A DNA stretch of 64,000 bases from Lama glama (taxonomy: Eukaryota). The notes under the pieces were generated by a model. The model did not search any database. It saw only the letters and a list, made by a program, of their open reading frames with translations, and had not been told where the DNA came from. Positions within the stretch are counted from its first letter, which is position 1; every line of letters starts with the position of its first letter. The stretch lies in the NCBI GenBank assembly GCA_028534125.1, contig CM052832.1, forward strand, positions 9,054,001 through 9,118,000. Direction: 5' to 3'. Of the stretch, positions 13,080 to 26,313 are shown one piece after another. Made by a program: the position numbers and the translations under genes.

Positions 13080-14890
13080 ATCAAAAATGATTTTCACGGC
13101 TGAATTCTTAGCTCCACCCCCATTGTCTTCTCCTGATTTCCTACCCAGTAACATTCCAAGGTTCATCATTGTAATCACCCCCTTGCAACCACCCTCAATT
13201 CTCCTAGCTCCTTTCTTCCTGTCAGGCCTGGGGGTGCAAAACTCCAATCTTTGTTGAACCCATCCACTGGCTGCTCTTTGCACACCTTGTAATAGCTGAA
13301 TGTTGCTGGCAGAAAACCACACAACTAATTGGGTTGATTGGTTTCACCTTAAATTCAGACCCCAAGCCACATCTAGGCATTCAATAGTGCCCAACAATCT
13401 CACATCATGTCTCAGTGAGTTCAGTGTCCAAGGCAAGGTGTCGTCCTCACCTCAAACCATCCACATCTCTTCCTCCTTTAGTTTAAGTTGCTGGCCTTGC
13501 CTTAGACTTCACTGAGAAAGCAGAATCCATCAGAACAGAAAGCCCTATATTCCACCTCCAGTTCATAAACTTGCACCCAGATTCTGCCTTCTCTCCTGCT
13601 ACACTGCAAGTCATCTTGCTCCCATCAAAGGCAAACCCTCTTCTTGTGTTCTGAATTCCTCAAGAATTTTGCTCCTTTGGGAGTCTTATCTTTCTTCTGC
13701 ATTAGTCTCTTTCCTATTAGATATTATTTCCAGCCTACTTGAAAATGCTCTTATATTTACTACCATTAAAACAAAAAGGCGCTCCCTTATGACTAGGACA
13801 TTGTGCTATACACCAGAAATTGACACACTGTAATTGACTATACTTCAATTTAAAAAAAAGTGCTTCCTTGACCCTACCTCTCTCTCCAACCACTACTGTG
13901 CAGTTTCTGTCCTCAGTTTATGGCAAAGCAAGCAGTTGATGTTCACCTCACTCCCATTCTCTCAGTGCATTCCAATCTGGCTTCTGTCTCCATATGCCAC
14001 TGAAGCTACTTGTCAAGACAGCCAAATCCAAGTGGAATTTCTCTATCCTCACTGTTTAACTTCTCAGCAGTATTTGGCAGAGCAGACCATTCTCTCTTTT
14101 CTTGCAAAGAATAATTCACTGTCCCGCTTTAATGCTAAACTCTCCCAGTCTCCTTTGCCCAACCTTAACCCATTGGTACTTTTAGCTTAGGCCAGGAACT
14201 TGAAGGCATCCTTGATCCCTCCCTCCCTCCCACAGCCAACCTATTAAGCAAATACTGATTCAACCTCCAAAATATACCTGAAACCCATCATCTACTCCGC
14301 TCCATCTTCACTGCCACTGTACTTGCCTAAGATACTATCAGTCTTGAGCTGACCTCAAGTTAGCCCCCTAACTGCCCTCTCTGCTTCCTCTCTTCCTCCG
14401 AACAGCAGCCAGTGATATTTAAAAACACATACCACTGCCCTAATTAAAGTCCTACAATAGCTTCTCATTTTCATTAAAATAACATCCCCAAACTCCTGTA
14501 CACCCTAATACAAGAGGCCTTGTGTGACCTTGCCAACTCCAACTCATTCCATTCTCCTCCTGCTGCTCTCCATTCTAACACATAGGCCCTTCTGGGCCTT
14601 TCAGGTCTTTGCACTTGTCCCCAGGCCAGGAATGTCTCCCCAGCTTTTCACACGGCTAATATAAGCTCACGTTTCAATTCTCCGCTCAAATGTCACCTTT
14701 TCAAGGGACACTCCTTGACTCTTACTAGCCATTCCCTACGACACACTTTTGTAGCTCCAACAGATTATTAATCTCTTAATTTTTCTTAATCTCTAACTAC
14801 CTTGAATATTTGTGTTTACTTATTTCCCATTTTCCCCACTATACTATAAATTCCATGAGGGCAGAGATCTTGTCTGTCCTGAATTCCACT
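13080..14890 (+). mobile_element. Fragmented L2 LINE containing a short young L1 tail (about 13790-13860)
   Basis: Long C/T-rich L2-like tract ending AAATTCCATGAGGGCAGAGATCTTGTCTG. The embedded L1 end is TACACCAGAAATTGACACACTGTAATTGACTATACTTCAATTTAAAAAAAA. Confidence 0.7.
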
Positions 14891-17800
14891 AAAGGCTACT
14901 TTAAAATAAAGAATCTACTCTTTCCCTCTGAGCAGGTTTACTTTAGATTTCCTCTCCTTTCAAGCTTTATAGGATTTAGTCAAAGAATATAATTACTTTG
15001 GCATTCACCACATAAAACAAAGGGAGAAAAACCACAGGGGACAGCCAAAGACTAGAACTCCACCCACCCACTAGTCTAGACAGAACAGACTGCACACAGG
15101 TATTCAACAGCTGCCCTTTAGAAAACTTTTCAAAATGTGGAACAGAGAAGTGTGGATAAATGCAAAGATCATATAATTTTGACACCTGCACCAAAAATCA
15201 AAGTTTTCATTCTCTCGAGCAATTACTAAATACAACAGTGACTTCAGAATAAAAAAATAAAAGCACAAAATAACTAAAGTATGTGGTCCTTGCTCCAGAG
15301 AGGTGAATGATTTCATCACTGATGTGGTTCTCTCTCATGTTGGTCTGGCTGGCTATTCATCAGCTGCTCTGGGTGTTTCTTCCTGACTTTCTGTGTCTTT
15401 AATATGCATATTGTTCTCATCAAGCCGTGGGTTTACACTAACTTCCCCATCCTACTTCCTAAAACCTAAGACAGCTTCGCAATTCAAAATTCTCAGTAGA
15501 ATGAAATGATAGTTTTTAAAAAGCACTGGTATTTTAAAGCCTTAGGATATTTCAAACTTGCTTTCTGCAAGGAAAATTTCAAAAATTTGATAAATGGCAG
15601 AGAAAAATAAAAGTGAGAATAATGTGAGCAATAAAACTGTGCTGAAGCTCAAAATGATATGGGCCTCAAGCTTCATATTCCAGTTCAAAAAAGCCAGCAG
15701 CACAGTGCATAGTGTAGTATAGTGCTGTTCTGAATGTATGTCTGTGCTACAATGGAATCATCTGCAGAGCGCTGAAATTACAGGGTCCTACACATTTGGA
15801 TTTAGGGGATCCTACATGAGCCATGAGCCAGAATTTCAAAATTGGAGGTTGTTAGGAGCATCAAGAAGTTGAAAGTCAGAGTCTTAAAACTGAGATTGCC
15901 CAAAACATTAGACCTTTAGGGAAAAAAAAACCCATCTGTCCTTAACAATGGATGTTACAAATCTGTATTGTAAAACATCTTCCCAGTTGATTCTAATGCT
16001 TAGATTTGGAAACCACAGGTATTGAGGCAAAAAACACAGCTTTAGGGATCCACTCAATTCTACCACTTAAAACTGCAAGAGACCTTGAACAACTCCACTA
16101 CCTCGGCAAACATTATTAGTTCCTCCCCTGGTAAATAGATAATAAAAATCAATACTGTAGAACTGATACAACAAACAGGCATTAAAAAAAAGCACCAAAG
16201 TCCTGGCATATAAGTGTTCAATACATGATAGGTTTTAAAGGGCCTAAAACATCTACTACAGTGTTTGTAAACACAAGGACACACTTAATGGTGCCACTAT
16301 GTTACTTTCATCCACTAGATATTAACTATTTACTTTCTATCTCTGTGGACTCCTAGAGAGATTAGAGCTTTACAGACTTTTTTCTCAAGAATCTTTTCAG
16401 TAACAATTGAAAACAAAGTTAAAACCCACACATATCTTAACACACAGCTAGTACAGGGCATATAAATACTTATATGGATGCTTCTAAGGAGACAATAAGT
16501 GGGAGAATGAAGAAGTCTGATATTGACGAGAAAGAGATGATCCAAAACAAAATGCAACTATTTTTCTTTTTAGAAAGGGAAAGGAAAAAAGTCTCGGGAG
16601 TGTTTCAAAGCGAGTTTAATTTTTCAGATCAGAGTTCTAAGAAACTGTCTTAATTTACTATCATTTGGGATAGGTAATACGAAAGCCAACAATAAGTTTC
16701 AAATGACAGGAACCCATCACCTTCCCACAATTTGACAACTAGAGAAATGTCTCTCCAGGGTTGTTTGAAAACACAACTAAAAAAATAAAACTAACGTGGG
16801 TACTATAGAGAACCATGTTACTGGAAAACAGACAGACTCTGCCTTCGACTTTTTTTTTTTTTTCTCCTCGAATTTTGTAGCTTGGTTTGACTCTATTCAA
16901 AATTAACTAGAGGAGGATGAAGGAAAACCCTCCATGCCCTGTCCCGAGCCAGGCCGGGGAAGAAAAAGCAGTCCAGTTTCAGGCCGAGGGAAGGCGACGG
17001 AAAGCCCTCCCCTCCAATTTTTGGCTGGGGGGATGCGGGTTCAGGGAGGGAACCCCTCGGTTGCAAGGCTCGACCCTCAGCCCACTTCCTTTCTCAAACA
17101 CAAGTGGTAAAAGGGACAAGACGCCGCCAGCCCCAGCCCCTTACCCTACGGGCCGGCGGCCTCATCTTTTGAGTCTGGGGACCCCGGGAAGGACCGGGCA
17201 ACGCGGCCCCGGGCCCATGCACACGTAGCCCCGACACCCCGGACCTCCCGGCGCTCGGGCCGGCGAAGCGTCCACGAAGGGCGCCGCCCGAGCTGCCAGG
17301 GAAGATGGCGCCCGCGGAGCAACTGCGCCACCAGCCCTGGCGACGGGCCAGGCCCAGCGCCATCTTAGCGCCTTCCAACCGCTCCCCGACCCCACCCCAC
17401 ACAACCCCGCAAGAGCCCGCATCCGGAGCGATCCGGGGAGAGGGCGAGAACCGCGTCAGGCCCGCGCACTCTCGGCCAAAAGAGTGCCACCCAGCCTCTT
17501 GTCTCTTCAGACTGGTCGCGCGGGCCCCGAAGGAGGCGCCTGGCTGGGCCGTGGGTCCTCCGCGCGGCGCAAAGGCTCGTCAGGGCCCGGCCGCGGGTCG
17601 TCGGCGCTGCTTCGGGCCCAGGCAGCGAGGCGACAGGGAAGGGCCGGTGCAGCCGGCAGGCGCGCACCGGGAACTGGGCTGGACCGGGAACTGGGCACCG
17701 GGCCGCGGCGGCAGGCCGGCCCCGAGCTCTCCCTGCCCCGGCCCGGCCCGGCCCCGCTCTCTCCGCCGCGGCCGCCCGCAGGAGCGGCGGGAAGGAGGAG

Positions 17801-18729
17801 GAAGCCAGGATGAAAAATAAACCCTGTCCCTGCCGTCGCCTCCCTCCCACCCGCTCCCCTCCCCCTCAAGACGCGGGGTCCATTTTGCCGAGAAGAAAGA
17901 AAATGCGATTCACACCCAAGAGCTTCCGAGAGAGAAAAGAAACGAGGGGGGGAAAACCGAGGGGAGGAGATTGGAAAAGCTTATTTTTCTTCCTCGCCCG
18001 CCGTCACTCCTGGCCCTCCCTGCCCCCTGCTCGCGGCCCCGCCGCGCTGTCCTCCCCTCGCCGAGCCTCGCTCCCTCCTTCCCGGCTCCCGGCGGCTCCG
18101 GGGTGGGGGGGCGGAAAACACACTCACACTCGCACACAACTAATTTTAAACCGGCTCAATCAATGAGTCATTAAAAGGCTTCCCTCCCCTCTCCTCCCCA
18201 CCACCAACCGCCACGCCACCCCCCTTCCCAGGCTCTCCCTCTCCCCGCTCCAGAAATTTGCATCCGCGGAAAGGGAAAAAAAAAAAAAAGGCGCTGGGGC
18301 CCCCACCCCGTCGAGGCGCCCCCAGCCCGGCCCCGCCGCCCCCTGCCCGCCCGAGACACTGAACTTGGTCTTCCCGGGGCCCGGGCATCGCTGGGAAAGG
18401 CATAAACACTCGATTCCCCTTTTCTCCGTGTCCATTAAACATCCACCCACCACCACCATCACCCACCCACAACCCCCCCCCCCCCAAAAAAAAAACACAG
18501 CCTTAGCCAATAGCTCTCTGGGCTGAAACCTAATATCCTGGTTTTGGCAACTCGGTGTTTAATTTGCTCCTCTTTCTTTTCTATCTGTCTGGAGATAGAT
18601 CTCTAGCCCCCCCTCCCTCGCATTTCCCCTCCCCGAAGGAAAGAGGCAGAGGAAGGAGGTTGTGTGTGTTTTTTTTTTCTCCTTGAAATTTTTATCACAA
18701 AATTATAATACACTCAAAGGGAAACTCAC

Positions 18730-18985
18730 CGTCATGAAAAAGCAGTGCCTTGTCAACGGGGTTTCTGCGCCATCGCACCAGGGGCGGCGGCGGCGGGCGC
18801 GGGGCGCGGGGCGCGGGCGCGGGAGCTCCCGGCCGAGCGGCGCCGGCCACACGCGCTCCGCTCTCTCTCTCGCTCACCCCCGCGCCGGGCGGCGGGCGCC
18901 CGCTCCCCGCGCCCGCCCGGCCTTCATGCTCTGCGCCCGGGCAAACCGCTCGCCTGCTCGTCTACCTCCAAACTTCGGTTCTTGC
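18730..18985 (-). other. BICRAL: Putative non-coding 5' UTR exon of BICRAL (GLTSCR1L)
   Basis: Minus-strand donor ACG|GTGAGT (18729-18724). Acceptor TTTTTTGCTAG| ends at 18986 with a branch-like CTAAT about 20 nt upstream. GGCGCAGAAACCCCGTTGACAAGGCACTGCTTTTTCATGACG resembles my recollection of the BICRAL 5' UTR. The 5' boundary may instead be a TSS. Confidence 0.6.
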
Positions 18986-19196
18986 CTAGCAAAAAATGTG
19001 GAGATTAGAATTTTTTAATTAAAAAAAATGTTTCTTTAAAGAAAAATCAAGCTCCAGAGCTGTTAATTCCTGTTTCCTTTGGGATTCTTTTTAACTTCAA
19101 GAAATGTAGTGGTTTATTCAAGAAACAGGGTTTTTTGGCTTTTTTTTTTTTTTAAAGATCTACAAGATGCGTGCTATTCTCCGCAGGCGCCCTGCA

Positions 19197-19240
19197 CACA
19201 CATATACACGCACACACACAAACACACACACACACACTCT
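19197..19240. repeat. Imperfect (CA)n microsatellite at the edge of the CpG island
   Basis: CACACATATACACGCACACACACAAACACACACACACAC. Confidence 0.9.
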
Positions 19241-20849
19241 CTCCAGTTTTAGCTCGACGCGGTGGCGGGTGGTTAAAAACAAAAAAACACAGTATTTGTT
19301 TAGAACTCTAATTAGACCAAGTCCCATTAAACCTTTTTTGCATATGCTTCTTTAAAAAAAAAAAACGAAAACATCACTTTTAACTTAGTTATATGGCAAG
19401 TAACTGATTCATTCTAACTTTTATATCTACTAAGCTTTCCTTTGCGACACCCTCTTTACATTCCAAAATGCTGTGAAACCTTATCTGTAAACCTGTGTGT
19501 CATTATAAAGAAAAGAAAAAAACAAACAAACAAAAAACTTCAGCGGCCAAGATGAAGGTGAGGAGCTAAGTCACTCTCAAAATATCCAATTCCCACTGCT
19601 TTCTCTTTTTACAGATATCCTTTATCACCACATTTGTCGAATTTTCATTACGTGATTCCCCAGCCTTAAAAAGACATTCAGTGAAATGAAACAGGTTAAA
19701 AAAAAGAGGGAGAGAGCTATCCAGCCTTTTAACACTCTTTAGTCCTAGTCCAAGTATAATTATCACTGTTTTTAATCTCAAATCTCGAATTGTTGAGACA
19801 TCTCCATAAACCATCCAGCACCCAGAGTAGTTAAATAAATGTTAATTATGACAGTGTGGATTGGGAGTGGGGGCCTTTGTGGTCTATGTTGATTACATTT
19901 ATTTTTCCTGTAAATGCCCACAAAAATATAGTTAGGGGGATTGTTGTCTTTTATTTTACGTAAACATCAAGGTAAAGATGAATTGTACGAGCAGGTGAAT
20001 CAGATTTTTAAAAATCTTAAGTAAGCTCCAGAAATATTCTAAAATTATTTTAAGTTATTTTGTAATACATATAGCTGAATAAACAGAATGTTCAAACCCA
20101 TGTCCCCCAGATATTTGGTGAGATCCATATAAAATTATCCCTAGATTTAAATTATTTAACTGAAATTGGTTAGTTTCTAATATAATATCACCTTAGCATT
20201 TCATAGTAGCACACCTTGCTTGCTTTTATAAGGATACTGTAACTATTACTATTTTATTGCACAAAATAGATATGTCAAGGTTGGCATACAATGTTGTGAT
20301 ATTCGAAATAGAAGATCTTTTAAAAAAACAAACCATATCTTGTTCTAGTAACTGCCACCCTCTCATTCACAATGTGTGCTTTGTATTTATATGTGCCTGA
20401 ATAATACAGTGATTTAGTATCACATAGTATCATGGAGGTGTTTTCTCAGATGTGTGTTGTACTTCACAAACAGCCAAGGCCTTCCTGGAACAGTAGTTTT
20501 TGCATAAATTAGCATATTTCTCTACACTTGACAGTTGGACCAACCAGTTTTCTAATTGGCTTGAGAAATTTCGAAACATGTTTTAAAGTGCCTTTGGATT
20601 GGCTGGAGTTTAATTATAATACACATTTCGAAGAATTACATTTCAAAAGAGTCCATGGATTATTCGCAATCAGGGCCCATCAGGCAAGTTTTATCGCTGT
20701 TGCTCCACAGCTCCAAAGAAATATTAATGGATTTCAGAAAGCTGTTCTCCTAAGTAGGCCAAAACCCCTAAGAAACACAAATCTGACTGAAAGATCACCT
20801 TCTAAAACTGAATTTATATACTCATAAAGAGTATGACATTGTAGACTTT

Positions 20850-21075
20850 TTAATGAAGCACTGACATTTATTGAGGGCCTACTAAGTGCCACCAGGCATT
20901 ATTCTAGATACTTTATTACTATATTATACCTTATTGCATGAAACTTCATGTAGACCCATAGAATTGTGTTTAATTATCCAGATTTTTGCAGATAATGCTC
21001 CCAATGGTTTCAGTAATCTGCCTGAGGTCATCGGTCTAAAGGCTGGTGGGGGAACCCAGGCCTGGTTGACTCTGT
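20850..21075 (-). mobile_element. MIR SINE
   Basis: ACATTTATTGAGGGCCTACTAAGTGCC...TTTTGCAGATAATG...CCTGAGGTCA. Confidence 0.7.
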
Positions 21076-21889
21076 AACTCACCCTCTCTTCAAGGCCCCA
21101 AAAGGATCCTGGGAACAAGCAGTCCCTGATGTTTCAATAGACTCAAAGTTTAGTGGTGTGGCATAGGCAGAGGGGACCACCCTCTAATTAGGGAAGACCT
21201 ACTTTGAGAGTGCTAGTCATCAAATCTAATTTAAAATATTGGGGGGTGTCACAATATACCAGGACAACAGTGGGGAGAATCTCAGATTTACCAGGTAACA
21301 CCAAAATTGAAATCATTTAAAAAAGTTTTAAGTTATGGTTTATAGAGACGGGATTTTTGTATCTGAATGCAAGATAAGGAAATCTTTAAAGAGGAAAGTT
21401 CTTAAAATGGCTTGACTGTATGCAAATAATTCGTGTTGCCTACAATTTAATTATGTACAATTAAATGGTCACTCCTATGGTTTCCATCTGTGTATGTGAC
21501 CCACAAAGAAGGGCAATTGGACACAGAAAAAGAAAAAGATGTAATTATAATTGAAATGTTCTAGCATTGGGCCTGTAAACAAACAGACCCAATGTCCACT
21601 TAACAAATGAAAGTGGAAATGTTTCTTTTTTCTTGTGTTCTTCCTCCAAATGTTCCCCTGGGTTGGTTGGCCATTCTCAGAGGGGGAAAATGCAAATGCT
21701 GGAGATTAACTGGTGATACGCATGATCAGATGTGTCCAGATCACAGAAATCTGAAATATACCCATTGAGTTAGCAAGTGCTCTAAACAGCATTTGTGAAA
21801 CAAAACTTTTGAAGTTCTCAATGTGTATAAATAAGATACAGGTACATACTTTTATCTGTACCTATAGAGGTATTTATATTCTGAGGTTT

Positions 21890-22130
21890 AAATGCACTGG
21901 CTCTGTACTCAGACTGACCTGGGGTCAAATTCCACCTTTGTCACACACCAGGTGTGTGGCTCTGGGCAAGTCACTTCACCCCTCACAGCTTCAACTTCCT
22001 CATCTATAAAACGGGGATAATTATAGTACTCACATCTGAGAGTTATTTTAAGGATTCAGGAACCAGTTCACAGAAAATATTTAGTATGGTGTCTGAAACA
22101 TAATGAGAAGTCAATACATTCAGCGAATAT
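21890..22130 (+). mobile_element. MIR SINE
   Basis: CAGACTGACCTGGGGTCAAATTCC...GGGCAAGTCACTTCACC...CCTCATCTATAAAACGGGGATAAT. Confidence 0.8.
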
Positions 22131-22155
22131 TCTTCCACCTCACTTTAGTTATGTG

Positions 22156-22222
22156 TCAGGTTGAACCACATAAAATCTTCCCATGTAAATTTCCAATAGT
22201 AATCACACATGATTCAACCACA
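22156..22222. mobile_element. Degenerate MADE2-like mariner MITE
   Basis: Short inverted repeat AGGTTGAACCACAT ... ATGATTCAACC. Confidence 0.5.
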
Positions 22223-22400
22223 TATATCTCACTTAGGTTCTCTCCTGGATAGGGAGCTCCTCAAGGGCACTTTATTTTCTAAGGGCCTACCAGATTATTT
22301 TGTATATAATTAGCTTGCAGCCAGTACTTGCAGAATAAAAGAAAAATAGCCCAGTCCACAGATGTATAAGAATACAAGGGATAAGTGTATCTCTACCTAG

Positions 22401-22431
<31 letters not shown>

Positions 22432-22549
22432 AAACAAATAATACAGTAAGTTTCCCTAAACCACATAAAACCATTGCCCAGTTGATCCCAGGCAGTATTG
22501 CCTAATGACTTACAAGTTCTTCCTCTCTCTCTCTCATCAGTTAGAGCTT

Positions 22550-22765
22550 TATAACTGCCACTTTTTAGCCATGTGACCTTGGCCTATTTTTTTTTTTTTA
22601 ACTTCTCTCACCTCAGTTTACTCATATGTAAGAAGAACGTGATAATACCTGTACCTCAGGTCAGTAGAGGGAGAGTTAAATGATCCGAGATATGCAAATC
22701 CCTTGCTTTAGTGCCTGGTGTTACAGTGAATATTTAATAATAGTTGCCATTATTGTTGTGGTTAA
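22550..22765 (+). mobile_element. MIR SINE
   Basis: GCCATGTGACCTTGG...CCTCAGTTTACTCATATGTAA...GATAATACCTGTACCTCAGG. Confidence 0.7.
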
Positions 22766-24487
22766 TACTATTATTAGAAATAATGTGGAATTGTTTTCAA
22801 AGCAATGGTAAATAAGCAATTGACTGGAGTGATTACAAATGTTTTCAATACCTTGCCTACATTATTATTTTATTTGATACATGAACATAAACACTTTAAA
22901 TCATCTTTGTAGAGACTAAGGTTATTCTAGTCATGACACATTTCAAGCTGATTATTTTCCTTGACAGACTTAAAAAAAAATCTGAACTCCTACAAGCTTC
23001 TAGTACAAGGATAAGGAGTATAGCAGAACTGTTGGGGGGAAAAAAAAAGTCATCAGCACTCCCACTGGCCTTGCTGTCTCCCACATCCAGCCTGCTCCCC
23101 CACAGAGTGTGTGAGGGGGAGGACAGTCATCAGGTTAGGGGGACACCACGTGCCTCTGGAAGGCATGGCTGGGTGGCAGCCCTCACCAGCCCTCAGGCCC
23201 CTGTGGGGCTCTGCCACAACTCCCAACCTCTCCTAAACAGAGCATCTCTCCACTCCACCAGGCCCAGGAGGATGGGTGGTTGTCGAGGCAGCAGAAGAGG
23301 TCTCATAAGCTCAGAATTTGATGAGCCTTCAAGATAGGATACCTATACAAAAGGGCTTGCTCAATAAATGTCAGTGTCCATCCTGAAAATGAAACTACTA
23401 AGAAGTAAGACATCTGAGGAAGGGACCACCCCTAAAGGTGACTCATAAATACAAGTAGAGGACAAAGAAATAAGCAGGTACTAAGCAGGCACCAAGATAT
23501 ATCCTCAATACTGAAGGAAAAAAACTGAGGGAGTAGAGACACTGTATCACCTCCATGAGTATTTTGATCTCTAAAGAGCCACATTCTTATATGAGCACAG
23601 GAAAGTTAATCAGGCAACTTGAGAACTCAGGAAATACTCCTCAAACCATATAATTCTCTCTTTCCTAAATCTTCTAATTACTAGTGCCATTTCCCAGGTA
23701 CTCTAACACTGAGCAAAGGTTCAAGTCCTTTTGTACCCCAAAAAGTTTAGACATTTCCTTCACTGTAAATCATGCCAATCAATTAGCAGTTGGATATATT
23801 GATCAGTCCCTTGTGAGTCAGATTAACTTGAGTCAGGACTAAGACAATCAGCAGGTGGGCAATCAGAGCAAAGGACATATACTCTCTACATGTTTTAGGA
23901 TCATCTGTGATTCCCTCTTAATCTCTTACCTCCCTTAACCCATGTAACCCACCTCCAAAATCTCCCTCGAATCCAGCCCATCTCCTCCACCAACTGCCTC
24001 ACCTAAATGCAGGTCCTCATCTCTTGCTTGGCCTCCCACTTTTACTCCCCTCCAATTATTCTTCTGTCTAAATGACTACAAAAAAAAAATCACCTTTAAA
24101 AACCCAGTGTTGTTCATATCATACCTCCATCAGCACCTCACTGCCCGGGGAAACTTATTAGAAATACAGACTCCCAAGGCCAAACCCATCACTGGAGAAA
24201 TGGAATTTTGGGGGAGAACTGAGGTCCTGATATTATTTGTATTTTCTAGTGTCATTAGCTCCACCTGCCCTCCCAGGTGCACCCGCCCAGCCGCTCCTCT
24301 CCCTGTACCCTGCAGTCCAATCACAGAGAATACCTGCCTGCAAACAAATGTCTCCATTTGGGTATATACTTTTCCTTCTGCCTGGAATGCCCTTCTGCTT
24401 CTGGGGCAAACCCACCATTCCCACCATTCTCCAAGGTCCAGTTCAAATGCCACCTCCTCCAGGAAGCCTTCCTCCATCCCCTACATC

Positions 24488-24715
24488 AGTGGCTTTCAAA
24501 CATCTTTGCCTGAGACTCAATCTCAAGAGATTTCACATTACAATGCAATTATGTAACTGAAACGAAGGTTTCAGAAAACAATATCTAAGCTCACTACAGA
24601 GGATGCAACTTGATCTATTTCATTTTACTATCCCATTTAAAAACATGCTGTTTGCCACCTTATAACGGATTTCATGATCCACTAATGGAGGCACTCCTCA
24701 TTTGAAAAATACTGC
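24488..24715 (-). mobile_element. Charlie4-like hAT MITE
   Basis: CAGTGGCTTTCAAAC ... GATTTCATGATCCACTAATGG...TTTGAAAAATACTG with short TIRs. Inserted in an L2 tract. Confidence 0.6.
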
Positions 24716-26029
24716 TTAAAGTGAATGAGTGACTCCCTTCTCTATGCATGTAATACGTACTCTATTACACTATTTATAACAATCTACAGTAATGGTCTGT
24801 TTACAGTCTGTCTTCACCCCCCACTTTCCTCCCCCAAATATGCACACACCACAAGGAAGTCAGCATATCTGGGCAGTTACCCAACCGTTGACAAATGCAG
24901 AAATTAGAATATTGGAGAAGGAATAATTTGATTGCTTTTGCTTGTGTCTAATTTTTTTTTCCATTTCTGGTTATGGTTCACAGAATAATCCATCAGCATC
25001 TCCCAAGAGGCTGAGCCTGGAAATCATATTAGCTTCAACCCTTAAGTTAACAGCAATTAAAAAAAAAAAAAAGCTGCTGTATTTCACTACAATTTAACCA
25101 AGGTGTAAATTTTTCTTCCTCTCAAAAACAAAAACCACGTATAGGCAAAACCAATCAGAAAATATTTTGTCGGGTTGCTAGCTTGCCAAGATAGTGCAAA
25201 TGTGGGCAAACAAATCTCTTACTTAGATACTTAAAGCAAATACTCAAAAACCTCAAAACCCTCCTTCCGTACCACTTCAGAAAGGAAACCTCCCCTCCCG
25301 CAGGGCGGGTGCAGATATAGAGGCCTTTCTATCTGTGCTGCCTAGAGCCCCACGTCTCACTAGGCTGTGCCCATCAACACAAGCACATGAAAAAAGTAGG
25401 GAAAAAACAAGAACAAAACCAAAAAGAAACCAGAGCAGCTAAAAGGAACCGCGGTAACGAACCCGGGCAGCAAGTTCCGGTGCGAACTGTACCTGCGATG
25501 GATGCGCGGGGGAGACAGCGGGCCGCAGGGGGAGGGCTCCCTTTTCTGCAGCACGTGGCTCCATCGACAGGAAACCTGCCTGCAACACCCCCCAACTCTG
25601 CGCACCGCTCATTTGCGGCATCGTCATTTGTGTGATGCTAATTTGCTCAGTGTCCTCCTAAACGTACTGAGAGAGATTCAGTGAAAATACGGTGTGGGCT
25701 AGTGGCTCTGGCCCTAAGACAGGCTGGGAGTGGAGGAGGGATGGCACCAAGTGTGGTGGAATGCTCTGGGGGCCAGGGGACAGAGCAGGCAACTCCGTCC
25801 AAGGAGAGCAGGGAAGACGAGTCACTTAAGAGCTGGGTTTTAAAGGATGAATAAGAGTTCTCCAAACCGTGAGGGGAAGGAGAAGAGAGGAGAGAGCTCC
25901 AGGTGGAGGAACTTTAGGCAGGGAAGCCATTAATCAATATAAATGGGAGGGGGGGGGAGGTAGCTCCAGACAGATAGATGGTGAGGGGCTTTGTTGCTCA
26001 TGGCCAAGAGTATGGATGCAGTCTTTAGG

Positions 26030-26265
26030 CTGCGTTTTCCACACTGCAGGTCACAATGTGACTGATTGCGAAATCCATGAGACTTGGACCGGCTTTCATA
26101 AAAATTGAAACTGCCTAGAATAGAAAATAACTAATACATTGTGGATAGTGAAGGTGTAAACTCTTTTGTGAAGTTTGTTTCCATTATAAAAGTGTCTATG
26201 TACTGATTTGTGGTGTAAAATGTATTTCTTACTGTGGTGGTGATTTAAAAATTTTCAGAAAAAAA
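26030..26265 (+). mobile_element. Charlie4-like hAT MITE
   Basis: GTTTTCCACACTGCAGGTCAC...TAGAATAGAAAATA...GTAAAATGTATTTCTTACTGTGG. Confidence 0.6.
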
Positions 26266-26313
26266 AAAAACAAAACCAAAAACTCCATCTGGGCAAAAAG
26301 GGGCCTCACTTAA

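Larger units (their letters stand above)
16950..19300. promoter_or_regulatory. BICRAL: CpG island, putative main BICRAL promoter/first-exon region
   Basis: About 2.3 kb of very GC- and CpG-rich sequence with only low-complexity ORFs. Position about 21 kb from the TBCC 5' end fits conserved synteny. The gene identity is inferred. Confidence 0.75.

Noticed and set aside
16917..19018. Many overlapping 60-171 aa ORFs on both strands
   Set aside because: Low-complexity Pro/Arg/Gly/Ala translations are expected in a CpG island where stop codons are rare. No recognisable domain.
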